From an uncultured Chloroflexia bacterium (GTDB lineage Bacteria; Chloroflexota; Limnocylindria; QHBO01), in NCBI GenBank assembly GCA_963843015.1, contig CAWJIR010000003.1:3431-67430 (forward strand): a DNA stretch of 64,000 bases, given 5' to 3'. Every line of letters starts with the position of its first letter. Position 1 is the first letter of the stretch. Under the pieces are notes generated by a model, which saw only the letters and a list, made by a program, of their open reading frames with translations, had not been told where the DNA came from and did not search any database. The translations under genes and the position numbers were made by a program. Shown one piece after another: positions 56,414-64,000 of this stretch.

Positions 56414-57240
56414 GCCGAGTGGCCGACCCCGAGCCGGCGGGACATGCCGCACCGCCGGGGGGAGGAGCGGGACGATCCGTCGGCTGGCCGCCGCGAGGCG
56501 AGCCACGCCCCGTTCCCGACGCCGATTCCACGGCAGACCGTACTGGCGTCGGATCCGCGGGTCGAGGATGGATATCGACGCGAGGTGGGCCGCGTCCCAC
56601 ACCAGGCGGGGCGGAAAACGGGTCGGGTACAGGATGGCGGGCATCAGGCTGCGGGCCGTCGGTCCCACCCGGACCTCGCCCGAGGCGATCAACCCGTCCA
56701 TCCAGGCTCGCAGCTCGACCAGGGTGGGCGGCAGCAGGGGCTCCGGCACGCCGAGGCGGACCGCGACCTCGGCCGCCTCGAGGTGGTAGTCATTCATCTC
56801 GGCCGGACTGAGCGGCGCGACGAAGCGGTCGTGCATCCGGAGCGCGGTGTCGACCAGGGTGGCGTGGACCCACAGCAGCAGAGCCGGGTCCAGCGCGCGG
56901 TACGGCCGCCCGGTCTCGGACACGACGCCGGAGACCAGCTCGTGGACGGCGTTGATGCGCCGAATCGCGCGCTCGGCGGACGATCGGTCTCCGAAGACGA
57001 TCGCCCAGCTGGTGCCCAGCGTCCGCCGCAGGCGGGCGAACGGGTCGGAGCGAAAGTCGGAGTGCGCATCGACGCCCGCGGCGACCGCCGGATGGGCGAT
57101 CTGCATCAGCAGGGCGCAGGTGCCGCCGGCCAGCACGACGCTCTCGCGGTCGACCCGCCACGAGATCGAATCGGGCTCGAACAGCCCATCGCGCGGGGCG
57201 CGACGACGCGTGCCCGCGGACTGCCGCGAGGATCGGTCAG
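56411..57240 (-). CDS. oxygenase MpaB / DUF2236 family protein (ends approximate)
   Basis: SISWRV, ALLMQIAHPAVAAGV, RLRRT, YRALDPALLLWVHATL. Confidence 0.85.
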
Positions 57241-57698
57241 TCGGCGAGGATGACGATGCGGTCGCCGACACGGATGTGGCCTCCGGCCAGGACGTCGGCC
57301 CGCAGACCGCCGCGTCCCGCGAGGCCCTCCCGGACTCCGGGATAGGTCACCGACTCGAGGTGGTTGCAGGGGTTGCACTCCTTCACCCCGTAGCAGACGG
57401 CCTCGCCGACCTGGAACCGACGACCAACCAGGTCCGGCACGTCGACGCCGCGGGTCAGGATGTTGCGACGGGTCTCGTGCGGGGCGAGAGCGATGCCCGT
57501 GTCGCCGACCATCGCCTCCACCCCCTCGGCGGCGATGAACGTGACGTGCGTGCCGGGGATCCCGAGCCCGGCCAGCCGATCGCCGACCAGCCCGTGCCCG
57601 GCCACGAGCTCGGCATCGGGCACGACGAGCATGTCCTCGCCCCGGTCGCCGTGCAGGTGGATCCCTTCCACCACCCCGGACGCGGTCAGCTCAGCCAC
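57237..57698 (-). CDS. MOSC domain protein
   Basis: GLVGDR, RRNILTRG, CNPCNHL, GRGGLRA. Confidence 0.85.
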   Translation of the reverse strand: MAELTASGVVEGIHLHGDRGEDMLVVPDAELVAGHGLVGDRLAGLGIPGTHVTFIAAEGVEAMVGDTGIALAPHETRRNILTRGVDVPDLVGRRFQVGEAVCYGVKECNPCNHLESVTYPGVREGLAGRGGLRADVLAGGHIRVGDRIVILAD

Positions 57699-58708
57699 GG
57701 CAGGCTCACCGGCAGGACGACGTTCAGGAGGAGCCCGAGGATCAGGGTCGCCCCAGCCCGGCGGGTGTGGAGGAATGCTCCGCCGACGAACCACAGCGGC
57801 CAGCCGACATAGCTTTGGGGCGGGGTCTCGGGCCTGGGCTTCGAGAACTGGCGCAGGACCTGGATGAGGCGCGGGATGGCGAGGACCACCAGCAGCACCC
57901 ATGGACCGATCAAGCCCACGAGCGCCGAGCCGATGACGATGGGATAGAACGCGATCATCAGTCCGGAGGCAACCACCCGGGCGTTGCGGTCGCCGAGGAT
58001 GACCGGGAGGGTCCTGATCCCGCGCTCCGCGTCGGGCACGATCTTGTCGATGTGCTTTCCGAACAGGACCGTCGTGACCAGGATGGCGTACGGCAGCGAC
58101 GCGACCCAGACCCAGCCCGGGATGGTGCCGGTGGCCACGAAGTAGGTCCCGCCGATCATCAGCGGGCCCCAGGTCAGGAAGACCCCCGGCTCCCCGAGGC
58201 CGCGCTTCTTGAGGCTGATCGGAGGCGCCACGTAGAAGACGCTGATGAACAGGCCACTCAGCGCGAAGGCCGCCACCAACGGCCCGCGGGCCCACATCAG
58301 GAGCAGGAGGATGGCCAGGTCGACGAGATTGACGACGATGATCGCGTTCCGAAGCTGCGCCTTGGTCAGCCAGCCCGACAGCACCGGGTGCGGGGCGTAG
58401 AGGGCGCGAACGTATTCGTCGGTGTCGATCCCCTCGGTCATGTCGAAGTAGTCGTTGATCATGTTGTTGGCCGCGTGGGCCGCGACGAGGCCGATGATGG
58501 CGAGGGCCAGGTAGCCGTAGTGCACCGCCGCCGGGTCCGCGCCCACGGCCAGCAGTCCGCCGACGAGCCCGGACGTGACCGTCATGCTGAACACGGCGGC
58601 CCGGGTCACGACCAGCCACTTGGTCACGCCATCGAGCGGCACGCCCGGCGGCGGGTTGGCGGTGGCGAGCGCGTATCGCCAGCTCGCGACACGTTGGCCG
58701 ATGGTCAC
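57686..58708 (-). CDS. UbiA/MenA family prenyltransferase
   Basis: NMINDYFD, LKKRGLGE, KHIDKIVPDAERGIRTLPVILG. Confidence 0.85.
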   Translation of the reverse strand: MTIGQRVASWRYALATANPPPGVPLDGVTKWLVVTRAAVFSMTVTSGLVGGLLAVGADPAAVHYGYLALAIIGLVAAHAANNMINDYFDMTEGIDTDEYVRALYAPHPVLSGWLTKAQLRNAIIVVNLVDLAILLLLMWARGPLVAAFALSGLFISVFYVAPPISLKKRGLGEPGVFLTWGPLMIGGTYFVATGTIPGWVWVASLPYAILVTTVLFGKHIDKIVPDAERGIRTLPVILGDRNARVVASGLMIAFYPIVIGSALVGLIGPWVLLVVLAIPRLIQVLRQFSKPRPETPPQSYVGWPLWFVGGAFLHTRRAGATLILGLLLNVVLPVSLPWLS

Positions 58709-58717
58709 GGATCGATT

Positions 58718-59361
58718 CTAGCCCTGCATCCCGGTCCGGGCCGCGGGCCGTTCGAGCCGGATCCGCCAGGCCGTCCGGCCCGGCACCGGGTGGCGCAGGA
58801 GCCGCTTGCCCCACGACGAATGCGCCGCAATCGCGTCGTCCAGGGTGGCGGTGCGGATCTCCATCGGCGCGCAGCCCGAGCTGCTCGTGAGCGGCGACCA
58901 CGGCCCCGATGTCGATCGGGACGGCGCCGTCCCGCTCGGCGTCGGCAAGCAACAGCTCGAGGCGGCCGCCGGGACGCACGAGCGTGGCCAGCCGCGACGT
59001 CAGCTCCGGGTCGTGGCCGGCGGCGGCGGACCGCAGGGACCCCCACGGGAAGTGGACCGTCACGAGGTCGGCCAGGCCCTCGAGGCCGTCCAGCTGCTCG
59101 AGCGGGAGCCACCACGAATCGGGCGTTGGGCCTTCCGCCGCGGGCGACCGGGCGTGCCGCGCGGCGCGACACCTCGCGCATGGCGTCTGCGCTGGCGTCA
59201 ACGCCCAGCACGAACCGTTCGGGATGGGCGGCCGCGTGCGCCAGCACGAAATGGCCATCGCCCGTGCCCAGGTCCACCGTCGTCGCGGCGTGCGCCGCGG
59301 CGAGATCGGTCAGTTAGCCGACGTCCACCTCGGTGAGGCGGCGTCCGGTGAGCAGACGCAT
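58718..59361 (-). CDS. KamB/NpmA-like 16S rRNA m1A1408 methyltransferase homolog (in-frame TAA and frameshifts)
   Basis: VDLGTGDG, GVDA, GGRPNARFVVA, VHFPWGSL, SSWGKRL. Confidence 0.7.
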
Positions 59362-59388
59362 GGGCCGATCATACGGTCGGGCCCTCCG

Positions 59389-60768
59389 TCACGCCAGCGG
59401 CTCGAATCGGGCGGTGAAGTGGCGCAGCGTGCTCGGCTGCTCGGTGATTCGGAAGCCGCGCAGGTCCGCCGCGCGGTCCGCGACCCACCGCGCGACTTCG
59501 ATCACGTAGTCGACATGGCTCTGGGTATAGACCCGGCGCGGGATGGCGAGGCGGACGAGCTCCATGCGGGCCGGCGTCTCGCTCCCGTCGGGCTGGCGTC
59601 CGAACATGACCGTTCCGATCTCGCAGCCGCGGATCCCGCCCTCGCGATAGAGAGCCACCGCCAGCGCCTGGCCCGGGTACTCGAGGGGCGGAATGTGGGG
59701 CAGCAGCGCGGCGGCATCGAGGTACACCGCATGGCCGCCGATGGGCTGGACGCAGGGGATGCCGGCCGCGGTGACCCCGTCCCCGAGGTACTCGGTGGAG
59801 CGGATCCGATAGCGGAGGTAGTCCTCGTCCACGACCTCGCGCAGCCCGGCGGCGATCGAGTCCAGGTCGCGTCCGGCCAGCCCGCCATACGTCGGAAATC
59901 CCTCGGTCAGGATGAGCAGGTTGCGTGCCTGCTCGGCCCACGAGTCATCGTTCAGGGCGAGCCAGCCGCCGATGTTCGCCAGCCCGTCCTTCTTGGCCGA
60001 CATCGTCATCCCATCCGCGAGGGACGCCATCTCGCGCACGATGTCCGGGATGGGCGTGGTCTCAAAGCCGGGCTCGCGACTCCGGATGAACCACGCGTTC
60101 TCGGCGAAGCGGCACGCGTCGAGGAACAACGGCAGGTCGTACCGGTCGCAGACCGCGCGGACCTCGCGCAGGTTGGCGAGCGACACCGGCTGCCCACCGC
60201 CGGAGTTGTTCGTGACGGTCATGAACACGACCGGGACGGCATCGCGCCCTCGGTCGGCGATGAGCTCCTCGAGCGCAGCCGCGTCCATGTTGCCCTTGAA
60301 GGGATGGAGGGTCGCCGGCTCGCGTCCCTCGGGAATGGGCAGGTCCACGGCCTCGGCGCCGGTGAACTCGACGTTGGCCCGCGTCGTGTCGAAGTGGGTG
60401 TTGTTCGGGACGGCCTTGCCCGGCCCGGCGACGACGCTGAACAGGATCTTCTCCGCCGCCCGTCCCTGGTGGGTTGGAATCACGTGGCGGAAGGGAAACA
60501 GCTCCTGAACGGCCTCGAGGAAGCGGAACCACGACGGGCTGCCGGCGTACGACTCGTCGCCCCGCTGAATGCCCGCCCATTGCTCGGCGCTCATCGCGCC
60601 GGTGCCCGAATCGGTCAGGAAGTCGATGAGCACATCGGCGGCGTGGAGGTTGAACAGGTTGTATCCCGCCGCCTGCAGGGCGGCTTCGCGTTCGGGAACG
60701 GTGGTCAGGCGGATGGGCTCGACCGACTTGATCCGGAACGGCTCGATGATCGTCCGCCAGCGCTCCAC
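59389..60768 (-). CDS. tnaA: tryptophanase
   Basis: EPFRIKSVE, DFLTDSGT, MSAKKD PLP-Lys, EGFPTYGGL, LRHFTARF (His as in tryptophanase rather than TPL). Confidence 0.9.
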   Translation of the reverse strand: MERWRTIIEPFRIKSVEPIRLTTVPEREAALQAAGYNLFNLHAADVLIDFLTDSGTGAMSAEQWAGIQRGDESYAGSPSWFRFLEAVQELFPFRHVIPTHQGRAAEKILFSVVAGPGKAVPNNTHFDTTRANVEFTGAEAVDLPIPEGREPATLHPFKGNMDAAALEELIADRGRDAVPVVFMTVTNNSGGGQPVSLANLREVRAVCDRYDLPLFLDACRFAENAWFIRSREPGFETTPIPDIVREMASLADGMTMSAKKDGLANIGGWLALNDDSWAEQARNLLILTEGFPTYGGLAGRDLDSIAAGLREVVDEDYLRYRIRSTEYLGDGVTAAGIPCVQPIGGHAVYLDAAALLPHIPPLEYPGQALAVALYREGGIRGCEIGTVMFGRQPDGSETPARMELVRLAIPRRVYTQSHVDYVIEVARWVADRAADLRGFRITEQPSTLRHFTARFEPLA

Positions 60769-60869
60769 CCGGTCAGGATACGGGCGGCCGGGCCGGTCCG
60801 GATGGCTGGCCGGAGTGGGGCATTATTCGGGTCGCGTTCAACGCGACGAGCGATGGGAGGCCGACCACG

Positions 60870-61287
60870 ATGAGCTGGGAAGACCTGGGAGGGAGCGTGG
60901 CCTCGACGCCGGCCGTCACCACGCTGGGCCGAAAACGAGATGCAGGTCTTCGCCATCGGCTCGGATGGCGCCCTGTCGAGCATCTATTGGGACGGCGAGG
61001 CCTGGCACGAGTGGCATGGGCACGGTGGCGATTTCATCGGTTCTCCGGCGGCATGCTCCTGGGGTCCGGAACGGATCGACGTGTTCGCCCGCGGCCGCGA
61101 CGGGACCCTCATGCACCAGTGGTACGAGCCCGCCGGCTGGTCGGAATGGGAGTCGCTGGGCGTGGTGGTCGAGGGCGACCTGTCCGCGGCGTCCTGGGGC
61201 CCGAATCGAATTGACCTGCTGGCACGGTCGGCCGGGGGGCTGCTCCACGCCTGGTGGGACGGCTCGACCTGGTCGTTTGCGACCTAG
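60870..61287 (+). CDS. lectin-like beta-propeller repeat protein (PLL/fucose-lectin-like, three blades) (frameshifted)
   Basis: WEDLGG, PAACSWGPERIDVFARG...WY, SAASWGPNRIDLLAR...WWDG. Confidence 0.7.
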
Positions 61288-61289
61288 GA

Positions 61290-62740
61290 GCTGACCATCG
61301 ACCGTCTGCGGGCGTACATCGGATTCCTGCCCGTCGCCCTGGAACGATGGGTCAGGGCAGCGGTTGGGCCGCTGCCGTTCGACGTGGCGCCATGGGCGGC
61401 GCTCGGTGCGCTGGTCCTCGCCGTGGCGCCACTCCTGTGGGCCGGGGCGGAGCGGGAGATCCTGACCGTCTCCTCGGCGGACATGGTCGAGCGCAATGTG
61501 CCGACGACGGTCACGTACGTCAGCCTGCCCGGTCTGGCGATGAGCCTCCGTCTCCCGGCTCCCGGCAGCGCTGCCCTGCCGCCATACGGGCTCCTGGTGC
61601 GGGACACGGTGGCCAGCGACACGTTCACCGTGGTCATGACCAACACAGATCCTCTGGCGCTTCGGACGCGGACGATCACCGGGCGCCTGCAGTCACGGCC
61701 ATACGCCGAAGGCGCGGCCGAGATATTCGACCGCCGGGGCGAGGCGACCGCAGGATTGGTGCCCGGCATGGTGATCATCGAGGTGGCGCCCACCGAAGAC
61801 GAGCCGATCCACGACGTGGCCAGCATCGCCGAGCTGGCGAACGTCGCCAACGACACGCTCGTCCGGCTCGCGCTCCATTTTGACGGGGAGGCGCTGGCCA
61901 CCTGCGCCTTGGCCGATGACGGCTGCGGGGCTCGAGCGTTGGCCCAGGGCTCCGGCGTGTTCGTCCACCTTGCCCATGGCGAAGGGGCCGAGCCGCGTCC
62001 GCGGTGCTCGTCCAGATGCCGACGCCCGCGTCGGTAGTCGCGGGTCAGTGGCAGGGCGGCCAGGTCCGCAACGAAGACGATCTTGCAGACTTCGTGTCGT
62101 CGGTCCCGGTGCAGGCGCTCGCCGGCTGGGGTCGCATCCTGATGGTCGCCTCGATCGATGACGTCCCGGGGCTGATCCGGGATCGGTCCTGGCTGGGCCC
62201 CGTCCTGCTCGTCGTCTTGGCGGCCCTGCTCTGGCTCGGCGGGCGGCTCGGGTATCCGTACTTCCGACCGATGGTCGAAGGCGGGCGACGCTGGGGCCCG
62301 GGCGCGGCGCCGGCGACGGCCGGGACCCGACCCGTGCCCTCGGCGGTCGAGGCACCACCTGAGATCTCGGTGCGTGTCAGCGGACATGCCCTGACGACGA
62401 GCGGGCAGCGCCGCCACCTCGATCAGGCCCGGGCCGTGATCCGTCCCTCGGTAATCGGCGAGGACGGTCGGATGACCGCCGCCCTCGACCTCGCAGACGG
62501 TTCCCGGGTCGCCCTCGCGGCCTACGACACCGGGGTGCTCGGCCGGGTCGAGCGTGGCGAGGTCGTCTCGCTGGCCGGGGTCCAGCCTGCCCTGTGGGCC
62601 CACTGGTACGGGACGGACCTGCGGATGACATTCTCGACCGCAGCCGACCGCGACCACGCAGCGGAAGCTCGTCGGCGGCCGGCGGCCCATCGGTACGATC
62701 ACCGTCGTGAGCTCCGAACGGGGTACGGGACGGTCGTCGC
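61290..62740 (+). CDS. hypothetical membrane protein (frameshifted; ends approximate)
   Basis: Consecutive frames 61384-62037 and 62004-62870, each with a TM segment. Confidence 0.5.
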
Positions 62741-63718
62741 GGCTGGCCCTCGCCCTGATGCCCGACGGGACGCTCGACACCCTCGACGAGAGCGCGTTCG
62801 AGGGCATCGACCGCCTCGTCAGCCGGCGCAACACCCTCGTGTGGCTGGACGTTGGCGACCCATCCGATGACGACCTGGCGCTGCTGAAGCGGGAATTCGG
62901 CATTCACCCCCTGGCCGTCGAAGACCTCCGGAAGCGCCGCCAGCGGCCAAAGGTCGACACCTATCCCGGTCATCACGTGATCGTGGCCTACGAGGCCCTC
63001 CCGACATCCGACTCGATGCGGTCGTTCGACCTCGGCGAGCTCCACCTGTTCGCGGGGCGTGGCTTCGTGGTCAGCGTCCACTGGGGCGGCTCGCCGGTCA
63101 TCGAGTCGGTGCGCGACCGCTTCCAGCATCGGGTTTCCGCCATCGGCCCGAACGCCGGGTGGCTGCTGTACGCGATTCTCGACACCGCGGTCGATGGCTA
63201 CTTCCCGCTGCTCGATCGGCATCTCGGAGGCCATCGACAACCTCGAGGACCGGATCCTGGGAGGCAAGGGCAACGTCGTCCTCCTACGCGAGGTGTTGAG
63301 CCTGAAGCGCCAGCTCCTCGAGCTGCGACGGGTCCTGGGTCCGATGCGTGACTGCGCCAACCAGCTCCTGCGGCGGGAGGTCGAGATCCTCGACGACGAG
63401 GCGCTCCCCTACTACCAGGACCTGTACGACCACCTCGTCCGGGTGCTCGACTCGCTCGACCTCTACCGAGACCTCGTGGCGGCGACCCTCGACGCCCATG
63501 AATCGGTCACGACCAACAACCTGAACCAGGTCGTGAAGCGGCTGACCGCGGTCACCGTGCTGCTGATGGTGCCCACGCTCATCGCGGGGATCTATGGCAT
63601 GAACTTCTTCTTCATGCCCGAGCTGGAGCTGAGGTACGGCTACCCGGCCGTGCTGCTCGGCATGCTGATCATCGTCATCGGACTAGGCTGGTACATGCGC
63701 CGCAGGGGCTGGTTCTGA
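62707..63718 (+). CDS. corA: magnesium/cobalt transporter CorA (frameshifted)
   Basis: FGIHPLAVED, QRPKVDTY, YYQDLYDH, PTLIAGIYGMNF...MPEL...YGYP. Confidence 0.95.
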
Positions 63719-63864
63719 CCCTCCTGTCTAGCCGGGGGTGGACTCACATCCGTTCGGCGGCTGCGTTAACTCGCTGAGTGGTTGCGTTGACGCGCCCAAG
63801 AGGCATCGGTAGTAGGGTGTAGTCACCCGTTCCCGCCCAACGCTGTGACGCAATGGAGGAAACG

Positions 63865-64000
63865 ATGGCAACCCGCAAACGCTTCCACCGGTTTGCCTCT
63901 TTGCCCTTGGCCGTTGCCCTGGTCATGGGTGGCGTGGTTCCCAACGACGTGGCTGAACCCAGCTCGGCGACCGCCGTCCAACGGCCAACGGCGATCTTCT
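63865..64000 (+). CDS. partial secreted protein (truncated by window end)
   Basis: GGAGGA RBS; MATRKRFHRFASLPLAVALVMGG signal-like N-terminus. Confidence 0.5.
   Translation, partial: MATRKRFHRFASLPLAVALVMGGVVPNDVAEPSSATAVQRPTAIF

Noticed and set aside
12637-60873. Long antisense ORFs (12637-14940, 22097-24385, 49676-51337, 58909-60873 and others)
   Set aside because: Shadow ORFs of high-GC genes on the opposite strand, without recognisable motifs.
62707-63718. Functional link between corA or ispG and the OLE-like RNA (Mg2+ and isoprenoid associations of OLE)
   Set aside because: They lie 11-28 kb away in separate transcription units and are common genes; proximity is not evidence.
1-64000. 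Many split genes read as pseudogenes or programmed frameshifts
   Set aside because: Indels occur throughout, including in ctaC, corA and copA, with catalytic motifs intact; this is typical of long-read consensus error.

Overview
High-GC (about 70% by eye) bacterial chromosomal segment of mostly housekeeping and accessory metabolic genes. The gene content suggests Chloroflexota or an actinobacteria-like lineage (inference). About half the genes are split by single-base indels, consistent with an unpolished long-read assembly, so many CDS boundaries were reconstructed across frames and are approximate. Contents: glgP/glgA, LigC and a PolD2-type primase-polymerase, a SAM hydrolase plus ECF importer, a cupredoxin-fused NirK, CopA with a CsoR-like operator, tRNA-Gly, trxB, ispG, an aa3-type oxidase cluster, a KamB/NpmA-like methyltransferase, tnaA and corA. 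No integrase, transposase or CRISPR array was seen. The standout is a ~480-530 nt highly structured non-coding RNA on the minus strand (34486-35013) with its own promoter and motifs resembling OLE RNA, outside the usual OLE gene context. A second, ~70 nt candidate sRNA (19469-19537) lies downstream of two DnaA-box-like sites.
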